From NCBI GenBank assembly GCA_016185565.1, contig JACPNH010000049.1:1-42139 (forward strand): 42,139 nt of DNA, in the 5' to 3' direction. Every line of letters begins with the position of its first letter. Within the stretch, counting starts at the first letter, position 1. Position numbers and translations under genes: made by a program. Shown in pieces: positions 9,503 through 16,733 of the stretch. The notes beneath the pieces were generated by a model that saw only the letters and a program-made list of their open reading frames with translations, searched no databases and was not told the DNA's origin. The stretch is from Candidatus Woesearchaeota archaeon. Its GTDB lineage: Archaea > Nanobdellota > Nanobdellia > SCGC-AAA011-G17 > JAGVZF01.

Positions 9503-10141
9503 ATGAAACATATTGTTATTGCTTTAGTGAGCGATAATCTTGATCCTATCTTTCTAGGGCTAAAAGAGTTCCTTACAGAAAGAATTATACTTATAACCAG
9601 TTCTAAGGACTACAAGATTGCAGAAAAAGCAAAGGGGGAACTTGAGAAATTCAAGATTGACGTGCAGATTAGGGAAATAAATGATAACTTGTGGGAGAAT
9701 ATATTTAAGATAATATCACAGATAAAAAACCAAGAAGGTGGACCTGAAAAATTGATATTGAATGTTGCTTCTGGGAAGGACCCATTAAAATGCGCTGCTA
9801 TATCAGCAGCTTTCGTTAATGGAATAAAGGCTTTTGATGTCGATGAAAATAAGCCAATGCTGCTTCCTATTTTGAAATTCTCTTATTATAATATCTTGAC
9901 TGACAAAAAAATGAAAATACTGCAATTGCTTTCAGAACCAAATTGTTGCAAATCACTAGAGGAAATTAGCAACAAGACAAAGATGAGCCTTCCCTTAATT
10001 AGCTACCATATTAACGGCACAAAAAAATCAGAAGGTTTAAAGCAACTTGGATTGGTGGATAGAGAAGAAAAGGGCAGTAGGGTTGAAATAAAGTTGACAA
10101 CTCTAGGAAGATTACTGCTTAATGGGTATATATCAAGTTAA
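9503..10141 (+). CDS. Transcriptional regulator with an N-terminal Rossmann-like (CARF/Csa3-like) domain and a C-terminal ArsR-type winged helix
   Basis: The C-terminal part ILQLLSEPNCCKSLEEISNKTKMSLPLISYHINGT...LKQLGLVDREEKGSRVEIKLTTLGR is an ArsR/wHTH pattern. The N-terminal part HIVIALVS...RIILITSS...LILNVASGKDPLKCAAISAAF resembles the beta-strand/GxK pattern of Csa3-type ligand-binding domains. The N-terminal call is tentative. Confidence 0.55.
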   Translation: MKHIVIALVSDNLDPIFLGLKEFLTERIILITSSKDYKIAEKAKGELEKFKIDVQIREINDNLWENIFKIISQIKNQEGGPEKLILNVASGKDPLKCAAISAAFVNGIKAFDVDENKPMLLPILKFSYYNILTDKKMKILQLLSEPNCCKSLEEISNKTKMSLPLISYHINGTKKSEGLKQLGLVDREEKGSRVEIKLTTLGRLLLNGYISS

Positions 10142-10152
10142 ACTACACAAAG

Positions 10153-11115
10153 CTAACCTAGAGTTTTCTTTCTCCTCAAAAATCTGACTATTAGAATAAT
10201 TAAAACCAACAAAACAATAAATCCGATAATATTATACAAGAATAGATTTTTTGTCAAATTTCTTTGCAGGCTATAAAAGTATTCAGTAGTCTTTAAGAAA
10301 TCAAAGGCATTGATGATGTAAGTTCCTCTATACAATATCATTAATGCCCCTGCAGCAATTATTAATATGCCAGCAATAAGATTAGTTGAATGTACCCCAA
10401 AATTCCCAATCTTAAATTCTTTTCCACGTAATAGTTTCGAATTCGTAAAATTGTATTTATCCCAGAAAAATGAAAGCAAAAACAATGGCACAAAAACCCC
10501 TATGGAATACGCAAACATAAGCAATCCAGCTTTAATGTAGTTTCCAAGGACTGAGGCTATAGTCAATATTCCTGCTAAAATAGGGCCTGCACAAACATTC
10601 CACCCAAGCCCAAAAAATATTCCATACAAATAAATTCCAGAAACATCGTGCTTAAATTTTTTGTTTAGTTTTAAGAAACTAAAACCCTTCCCTAGTATAG
10701 TCAGCAATCCGAATAGAACCAAAAAAATTCCTGCTATCAAAGCTAAGTTTGAATTTTCATATTGAAATTGAGCTAGAGTATTTCCTAATTTTGCTGCTAT
10801 TAACCCAAGTAATACAAAAATGGTTGTAAATCCCAAAAAGAATATAAATGTCATCTTTGTTATTTCTTTTTTTTCTTTAAATGTATAAGAGAAAAATGCT
10901 GGTATTGAAACATAACTGCATGGGCTTAGTATAGCCAATAAGCCTGCTAGAAATGCTATTAAAAAACTTAAGCTCCCTAGAAATTGCTTGGCGCTTTCCT
11001 TTTCATACTGCTGGCCTGCTATTATTGCTGGTGGCAAATGAGAGCTAGCACCTACATAATTTATGAAACTCAGAAAAAATAAAATTGCAAGTAAATAAAT
11101 AAAAATTTTTCTCAT
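10153..11115 (-). CDS. ccdA: CcdA/DsbD-family thiol:disulfide electron-transfer membrane protein (copy 1)
   Basis: Polytopic membrane protein with LAILSPCSYVSIPAFF and GLGWNVCAGPILAGIL, the two conserved Cys-containing helices of the DsbD_2/CcdA family. Confidence 0.8.
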   Translation of the reverse strand: MRKIFIYLLAILFFLSFINYVGASSHLPPAIIAGQQYEKESAKQFLGSLSFLIAFLAGLLAILSPCSYVSIPAFFSYTFKEKKEITKMTFIFFLGFTTIFVLLGLIAAKLGNTLAQFQYENSNLALIAGIFLVLFGLLTILGKGFSFLKLNKKFKHDVSGIYLYGIFFGLGWNVCAGPILAGILTIASVLGNYIKAGLLMFAYSIGVFVPLFLLSFFWDKYNFTNSKLLRGKEFKIGNFGVHSTNLIAGILIIAAGALMILYRGTYIINAFDFLKTTEYFYSLQRNLTKNLFLYNIIGFIVLLVLIILIVRFLRRKKTLG

Positions 11116-11130
11116 ATTTTTTAGCAGAGG

Positions 11131-11529
11131 TTAGTTTACTACCACTTTGCCTTTCATATTGCTATGGCCTTCACCGCATGGAACTGTGCACACAAAATTG
11201 AATGTTCCTTTTTGGTCTGCCACAAATTCTACAGTAACAGTTTCCCCAGGATTAATTACTTTGTTTATGTTATAACCAGCAAGTCCAAATCCGTGGGTTA
11301 CATCGATGCTGTGCATCTTTAATATTACACTGTCACCTTCATTTACAGTAATTGTATCTGGAGTGTATTGCCATCTTTTTGCTTCTATGTTAAAAACCTT
11401 AGTTTCTCCTGTTGGCGGCAATGGCGGGGGGCCTATTTTATCTTTTTTTTGTGTATTTTGGGTTGTGTTACTACATGCTGCTATAAATAAAACTGATAAA
11501 ATAAAAAATGCAATAAAATATTTCTTCAT
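11131..11529 (-). CDS. Stand-alone CuA-type cupredoxin lipoprotein (cytochrome oxidase subunit II-like domain)
   Basis: Lipobox FIAAC. The ligand pattern H-x34-C-x3-C-x3-H-x2-M (THGF...FVCTVPCGEGHSNM) matches the binuclear CuA site in identity and spacing. Confidence 0.8.
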   Translation of the reverse strand: MKKYFIAFFILSVLFIAACSNTTQNTQKKDKIGPPPLPPTGETKVFNIEAKRWQYTPDTITVNEGDSVILKMHSIDVTHGFGLAGYNINKVINPGETVTVEFVADQKGTFNFVCTVPCGEGHSNMKGKVVVN

Positions 11530-11530
11530 T

Positions 11531-12757
11531 TTAAGTCACCTCCTGATTAGGTTGTTGATTTGATTCCAGTTTAGGCTCTACAACTTTATTGGTATTCAAG
11601 TCTTTGTAAGGAACTTGTAATATATCTAGGTTTCTGAATATATAATAATTATCAGTTTCTATGCTACCTACTTGCGACCATGCTTCTTTTAAGGAACTAT
11701 ACACATCTGCCTCATTACTCATGATGATTGTTGGGGCCTTTGTTATTTTATATTTTGTTATTAATGCTTGGCCCTCTGGGCTGCTTACATCAATGGTCTT
11801 TTCATTTGACAAAAACACTCCAAAATTTAACAATATGGGCTTGTGCAATGAAACATTATAGCAAATGTTGCAACTTTTATCCGTTATATAGGTTAATTCA
11901 ACTAAGCCTCTGACAGAATTGGTTAACAAATCTTTATATGGCGGAGGAGTTTGTCTTACAATATAGCTACTGTCACTTTCTATGCTCCCAAATTGTTTCC
12001 AGTTTGCGATTATCTGATTATCGATATAAGCATCTAAGTCGGAAGAAAATATCATAGTGGGAAGTTTAGTAATCTTATATTTTGTAATAAGTTCCTCAGC
12101 CTGGGTAAATTCTAGAGTTTTTTCATCTGTCATTATGACACCAGCCCTTACTAATTGAGTAATCAACGAGCTTATGTCTGAACAATCCTTACATCCGGAA
12201 TCCTTGATATGAACTAGGCTTACTTTTCCAACTTCTTTGTTTAATACGAGGTCATAATAAACTGGCCTTATATCTTCAAAAACTAAGGTGTCTTCTTTTT
12301 TTATTAGCCCCATCTCTCCTGTTTTGTCTATCTCTCCTGTAACTAAAACTGTAGGTAGTTTAGTAATTTCATTTTTAGAAATCAAGGCCTTTGCCTCAGG
12401 ATCAGAAAATTCAAGTGTTCTTTCGCTAGTAACATCAACATTATTGTCTTTTATTGAATCTATAACCTGATTGAGATTAAAGCAATCCTTGCAATTAGAA
12501 TTTCTCAATATGGTCAGGCTTATTAATGCAGGTTTGCTTTTTTCCTTTGCTTCTGCAAGAGCTTTGGTATAGGACTTTTGTACTCCAACTATGATTATAA
12601 CATTTATTAAAAGTATTATGGCCAAAACAACGCTTAAAATCAATTGGTAGTTTAATTTTGATTTTTTGATTTTTATATTTGGCTGTTGCAATGATTCTTG
12701 CACACCAATAGATTTTTCCTCTTTTTGTTTTTCTTCTGATTCTTCTGTGTTTTCCAT
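11531..12757 (-). CDS. Membrane-anchored protein with three tandem thioredoxin-fold CxxC modules
   Basis: One N-terminal TM helix followed by three units of about 100 aa. Each unit has a CxxC (CKDC, CKDC, CNIC), then ...E(R/K)T(L/I)(E/D)...(S/T)..E...LI(S/T)K(N/Y)(E/K)ITK(L/A)PT, which looks like a cis-Pro loop. Confidence 0.7.
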   Translation of the reverse strand: MENTEESEEKQKEEKSIGVQESLQQPNIKIKKSKLNYQLILSVVLAIILLINVIIIVGVQKSYTKALAEAKEKSKPALISLTILRNSNCKDCFNLNQVIDSIKDNNVDVTSERTLEFSDPEAKALISKNEITKLPTVLVTGEIDKTGEMGLIKKEDTLVFEDIRPVYYDLVLNKEVGKVSLVHIKDSGCKDCSDISSLITQLVRAGVIMTDEKTLEFTQAEELITKYKITKLPTMIFSSDLDAYIDNQIIANWKQFGSIESDSSYIVRQTPPPYKDLLTNSVRGLVELTYITDKSCNICYNVSLHKPILLNFGVFLSNEKTIDVSSPEGQALITKYKITKAPTIIMSNEADVYSSLKEAWSQVGSIETDNYYIFRNLDILQVPYKDLNTNKVVEPKLESNQQPNQEVT

Positions 12758-12850
12758 GAAATCACTCTTTATTTTTTAGTATAATTATTTTAAAAAATCC
12801 CCCTTCAATAAAAGAAAAGAAAAATTGGTGTTTATATATTTTACTAACAG

Positions 12851-13066
12851 CTAACAACCGCCAACCATCTGTGGTAAGTTATTTACATCGTTCAATTCTG
12901 TAGCAATTGAATTTCCTGTAGATACACTCGTTGATTTTGAGTTTGTGCCAAGACTTATTTTTCCTGCGCTCATATCTGTTTTCAATTGCACTAGCTGAAA
13001 TGCCTGCACTGCAGAAATAACTACTAGTATGGCTAACACAGCTATAACCACAATATTTTTATTCAT
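12851..13066 (-). CDS. Small membrane-anchored protein ending in LPQMVGGC
   Basis: A 71-aa protein with an N-terminal hydrophobic helix, a Ser/Thr-rich linker and an extreme C-terminus NDVNNLPQMVGGC. Both termini are paralogous to those of the upstream gene. Only 3 nt separate it from that gene. Confidence 0.6.
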   Translation of the reverse strand: MNKNIVVIAVLAILVVISAVQAFQLVQLKTDMSAGKISLGTNSKSTSVSTGNSIATELNDVNNLPQMVGGC

Positions 13067-13069
13067 TTT

Positions 13070-13774
13070 TTAACAACCTCCTACCATTTCAGGTAAATCT
13101 GCTGAATTAATATCGCCTACACTACTTTTTTGGCCTGATTTTAATTTTTGGATTAAAGCTCGATCATTCAAAACATCTGGGCTTAATTCAAGCCCATTTT
13201 GATTTGCTAATACTGCTTTTTCAACCATGTTCTTTGGGTAGTATATAGACTTCCATTTTGTTAATTCCCAAAGTATTTGCTCATCACTCATTTCAGGATG
13301 GTTTTTGACTAAATATTTTGCCAATCCTTTAAAACTTGCAGCATGACTGCAACCACATAAACTTCTTCCTTGAGAGTCAATTACAGCAGGTGCACTACAG
13401 CAGAATTCACAGCTGATTTTTGTTCCAATATTAATATATCTTGACTTTTCTTCTGAAGTTAAACTGCTATCTTGCACAACTCTATCTAAGGCGGCTAGTT
13501 TACTTAAACTTTTTACAGGATCGTCATAACTAATCCCCAATTCATTACCATAAACTTCAGGGGTTCCTTTTGGGATTAATTTATTAATTATCTCATTTAC
13601 ATCTGCATTAGCACTTAATTTTATTGAACTTGTTGCTGCTCCAGTTGTGAATAATTGATTTCCTGTTAAGGCAGAGATTTGTATTTGATTAAATATAATA
13701 ACAACTGCAACGATGCCAATAAAAACATATCCTGTGTACTCAGAAATTTTTTCTTTTTTATTAGTCGGTTCCAT
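13070..13774 (-). CDS. Membrane-anchored Cys-rich protein ending in LPEMVGGC
   Basis: N-terminal TM helix. The central domain reads ISCEFCCSAPAVIDSQGRSLCGCSHAASFKGLAKYL...MSDEQILWELTKW, which is loosely reminiscent of PCYCGC-motif proteins. The C-terminus is GDINSADLPEMVGGC. Confidence 0.65.
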   Translation of the reverse strand: MEPTNKKEKISEYTGYVFIGIVAVVIIFNQIQISALTGNQLFTTGAATSSIKLSANADVNEIINKLIPKGTPEVYGNELGISYDDPVKSLSKLAALDRVVQDSSLTSEEKSRYINIGTKISCEFCCSAPAVIDSQGRSLCGCSHAASFKGLAKYLVKNHPEMSDEQILWELTKWKSIYYPKNMVEKAVLANQNGLELSPDVLNDRALIQKLKSGQKSSVGDINSADLPEMVGGC

Positions 13775-13788
13775 TTAAACATCCATGC

Positions 13789-13805
13789 TTTACAATATTT
13801 GTAAA
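13789..13805. promoter_or_regulatory. Palindromic operator candidate TTTACAA-TAT-TTGTAAA
   Basis: Identical 17-mer to the one at 9462-9478. It lies 8 nt downstream (minus strand) of the TATA-like ATTTATATAC at 13814-13823 and 14 nt upstream of the ATG at 13774. Confidence 0.55.
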
Positions 13806-13997
13806 TCTTACCTGTATATAAATCTTTTCTTTAATCTTTAATTTGGCACTGACTTTTTAGTATCGATTTTTCGATTTAATTATTACTACCTAGTTAAATC
13901 GTTAATTATAAAAACTCATTATTAAAATAAACTTTAACATTTTAATAACATAATTCATAATTTGTATCAATACCAAAATAAAGTGTGGAGCGTAAAA

Positions 13998-14072
13998 ATG
14001 GGAAAAAAATCCAAAAGGAAATCTAGGGCATCAAGCGGTTGTGGTTGTGGAGAAGATTGCACTTGTTGCTAG
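13998..14072 (+). CDS. Unannotated 24-aa Cys-rich, metallothionein-like peptide
   Basis: The sequence is MGKKSKRKSRASSGCGCGEDCTCC. A GGAG lies 8 nt upstream of the ATG. It is the first gene of the plus-strand redox operon and is below the ORF-track size cutoff. Confidence 0.4.
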   Translation: MGKKSKRKSRASSGCGCGEDCTCC

Positions 14073-14090
14073 CAATGTCTAGGTAGAAAA

Positions 14091-14330
14091 ATGGCAAAAT
14101 CTGTTAAAATATACACTACAAGAACATGCCCGTACTGCCACATGGCAAAGGAGTTTTTCAAGGCAAACGATGTAAAGTACACCGAGATAGATGTTGGCAG
14201 CGACAGGAAGGCAGCTGAAGAGATGATCAAGAGGTCTGGACAGATGGGGGTTCCAGTGATTGATGTAGACGGAACAATAATTGTTGGCTATAACAAGGAA
14301 GCGTTGAAGAAGGCACTGTCCATAAAATAA
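14091..14330 (+). CDS. Glutaredoxin/NrdH-like small redoxin (CPYC)
   Basis: A 79-aa protein with IYTTRTCPYCHMAKEF...GVPVIDVDGTIIVGYN, the classic glutaredoxin fold pattern. Confidence 0.85.
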   Translation: MAKSVKIYTTRTCPYCHMAKEFFKANDVKYTEIDVGSDRKAAEEMIKRSGQMGVPVIDVDGTIIVGYNKEALKKALSIK

Positions 14331-14355
14331 TCTTAAATTTTAATTAAAACAAAAC

Positions 14356-14598
14356 ATGAAAAAGAGGTATCACATCTTTGTCTGCGGAAGATGCGGTTAT
14401 AGGGCTCATTCTAAAGTTACTTGCCCAACATGCCATATCCATCTTGAAGAGCAATGCCATAAATGCTTGAATGCTAAAGGAAATTGTATCTGCAGAATAC
14501 ATGGTCCTTTCAGGGCTGGAAAGCCGATAAAAATAGCCGTGTCAAAAAAATCAAAAGCCAGGTCAAGGAAGACAAGAAAGTCCAAGAAAAGAAGGTGA
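14356..14598 (+). CDS. Zinc-ribbon protein with a highly basic tail
   Basis: Contains CGRCG...CPTCH...CHKC...CIC, followed by the tail KKSKARSRKTRKSKKRR. Confidence 0.55.
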   Translation: MKKRYHIFVCGRCGYRAHSKVTCPTCHIHLEEQCHKCLNAKGNCICRIHGPFRAGKPIKIAVSKKSKARSRKTRKSKKRR

Positions 14599-14602
14599 CT
14601 TT

Positions 14603-15517
14603 ATGTATGATATTATAATCATTGGCGGAGGCCCTAGTGCACTGGCTGCTGCTGTTTATGCTGCTAGGCAGAAGGTTGATTTTATTGTAATAGCTGAAAA
14701 TGTTGGAGGCCAGATTCTTTGGAGTTCTGACATAGAGAATTATCTTGGATTTAAGTCAATAACTGGAATGGAACTGGTGCCAAGATTTATTGAACAAATT
14801 GAATATAATAAAGTGCAAATTAAAGATGAAAAAGTTTCTTCTATAGACAAAAAAGGCAATACCTTTATTGTAAAAACAGACAAAAATAACCCATATGAAA
14901 GTAAAACAATTTTAATAGCCTCTGGAAAAAAGCCTCGAAAATTAAATGTGTCAGGAGAGGATGAATTTCTAGGAAGGGGTGTTTCTTATTGCGCATTATG
15001 CGATGCCGCATTATTTCCAGATAAAAATGTAGCTGTTGTTGGTGGAGGAAATGCAGCCATGGATGCTGCATTATTAATACAAAAATATGCGAAGAAAGTA
15101 TACATAATTTCTATAAACGCTAGCTTAATGGGTGAGCCTTATATGCTAGATGAAATAAGGAAAAGCAACAAAATTGAAGTGATTACAAATGCAAAAACAA
15201 CCATTATTTCTGGCAGTAAATTTGTCACAGGAATTTCAATAGAAGTAGTAAATGAAAAGAAAACAATTCCAGTAGAGGGTGTTTTTGTAGAAATTGGATC
15301 TATTCCTAGTGTTGAATTCGACAACTTGACCAAAAAAAACCGTTATAATGAAATTATGATATATGGCAATGAAACTATGTCGAATATGACTTCTGTTTCT
15401 GGAATTTTTGCAGCAGGCGATGTTACAGATGTTCAAGAAAAACAAGTTATAGTTGCAGCTGGCGAAGGTGTTAAAGCAATTCTAGGAATTTTTAAATATC
15501 TTCAAACTTTGAAATAA
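14603..15517 (+). CDS. trxB: Thioredoxin-disulfide reductase
   Basis: Contains IIGGGPSALAAAVYAAR (FAD), the redox-active CALCDA, VVGGGNAAMDAA (NADPH) and GIFAAGDV. Confidence 0.85.
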   Translation: MYDIIIIGGGPSALAAAVYAARQKVDFIVIAENVGGQILWSSDIENYLGFKSITGMELVPRFIEQIEYNKVQIKDEKVSSIDKKGNTFIVKTDKNNPYESKTILIASGKKPRKLNVSGEDEFLGRGVSYCALCDAALFPDKNVAVVGGGNAAMDAALLIQKYAKKVYIISINASLMGEPYMLDEIRKSNKIEVITNAKTTIISGSKFVTGISIEVVNEKKTIPVEGVFVEIGSIPSVEFDNLTKKNRYNEIMIYGNETMSNMTSVSGIFAAGDVTDVQEKQVIVAAGEGVKAILGIFKYLQTLK

Positions 15518-15582
15518 AAAGAAAAAAGAATTTTAACTATAAAAACAAAATTTATAAAGAGCAAATAAACTATAGTTAATAT

Positions 15583-16125
15583 ATGAAAAAATATTTTTTA
15601 ATACTGTTAATAGTAAGCATAACAATAATAGCTTCCTGCAAAAATCAGGCAAACATTAATAACCAAATAAATACAAATGCAGCAAATGAGTTAGAGGAAT
15701 TCGGCATTTCAATAGGGAATAAAGCCCCGGATTTTGAGCTAAGAGGTTATGACGGGAAAACTATTAGTCTAAGTGTCTATAAAGGAAGCCCAGTAGTTTT
15801 AGATTTTTTTGCTTCTTGGTGCCCTTATTGCAATAATGAAATGCCAAGAATAAACAAAATAGTAAATGAAAAATACCCTAATGTAAAAATAATTGCAATC
15901 AATGACGCGTTTGAAGATGCAAAAACAATAGAAGCCTGGGCAAAAGAAAAAGGATTTGATTTTCCATTGTTAGTAGATCCAGAAGGAAAAGTAAAGGCTT
16001 TATATGCAATTCGTGGACATCCTACCACTATTTACATAGATAAGGAAGGCATTATAAAAGACAAAAGATACGGCTCTGGGGCTAATGCAGTTATTGAAGA
16101 AAACTTAAAGAAGATTACAACTTAA
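15583..16125 (+). CDS. TlpA/ResA-like extracytoplasmic thioredoxin lipoprotein
   Basis: Lipobox IIASC. Contains APDFEL...GKTISLSVYKGSPVVLDFFASWCPYCNNEMP...GHPTTIYID. Confidence 0.8.
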   Translation: MKKYFLILLIVSITIIASCKNQANINNQINTNAANELEEFGISIGNKAPDFELRGYDGKTISLSVYKGSPVVLDFFASWCPYCNNEMPRINKIVNEKYPNVKIIAINDAFEDAKTIEAWAKEKGFDFPLLVDPEGKVKALYAIRGHPTTIYIDKEGIIKDKRYGSGANAVIEENLKKITT

Positions 16126-16160
16126 ATTTAAAATAATTTTAAAAGACAAAAGGAGGGACA

Positions 16161-16733
16161 ATGAAAAAATATTTTTTAATTGGACTTGTTTTTTTGCTAT
16201 TAATCATTTCTAGCTGCAAGAATGCAAATCAAGAAACGAGCAATTCAGATTTAAATGAAAATAAAATAGCAATTGAAAATCAAAACACTATGCAAGAAAA
16301 TCAAAAACAAATAAATACAAACAGCCAAAAAACCAACATTATTACTCAAGAATCATCTTTTTCTGCATCTGGTAATATATTAGCGGGAACTAAAACCCTT
16401 TTTATTGATTTCAACAAAGAGGATTATGACAAAGCGCTTTCAGAAAACAGAGTAATTTTCCTTTATTTTTATGCAAACTGGTGCCCTATTTGCAGGGAAG
16501 AAATAAAACAAACTTATGCTGCATTTAATGGGCTTGGAAATGAAAATGTAGTTGGTTTTCAAGTAAACTATAAAGACTCTAACACAGACAAGAATGAAAT
16601 AGAATTGGCAAAGCAATTCGGAATAACATACCAGCATACTAAAGTAATAATAAAAAATGGAGAAAGAATACTAAAAGATGGAAACTCCTGGAATAAAGAA
16701 ACGTATATTAATGAAATAAACAAATATGGTTGA
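16161..16733 (+). CDS. Thioredoxin-like lipoprotein (WCPIC)
   Basis: Lipobox IISSC, a low-complexity N/Q linker, then IFLYFYANWCPICREE. Its first 20 nt are identical to those of the TlpA-like gene at 15583. Confidence 0.7.
   Translation: MKKYFLIGLVFLLLIISSCKNANQETSNSDLNENKIAIENQNTMQENQKQINTNSQKTNIITQESSFSASGNILAGTKTLFIDFNKEDYDKALSENRVIFLYFYANWCPICREEIKQTYAAFNGLGNENVVGFQVNYKDSNTDKNEIELAKQFGITYQHTKVIIKNGERILKDGNSWNKETYINEINKYG

Noticed and set aside
12851-13066. Reading the ...MVGG-C terminus as a double-glycine bacteriocin/RiPP leader or as a ubiquitin-like GG terminus.
   Set aside because: Cleavage after GG would release a single Cys. The conserved positions upstream do not fit the LSxxELxxIxGG leader consensus. 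The proteins have N-terminal membrane anchors rather than a beta-grasp fold. No peptidase-containing ABC exporter or modification enzyme is adjacent.
15567-15578. A 12-bp palindrome TAACTATAGTTA upstream of the TlpA-like gene that shares the ACTATAGT core with the 18-bp palindrome at 41657.
   Set aside because: An 8-mer of this composition is expected to recur by chance in 42 kb of AT-rich DNA, so the apparent link is not significant.
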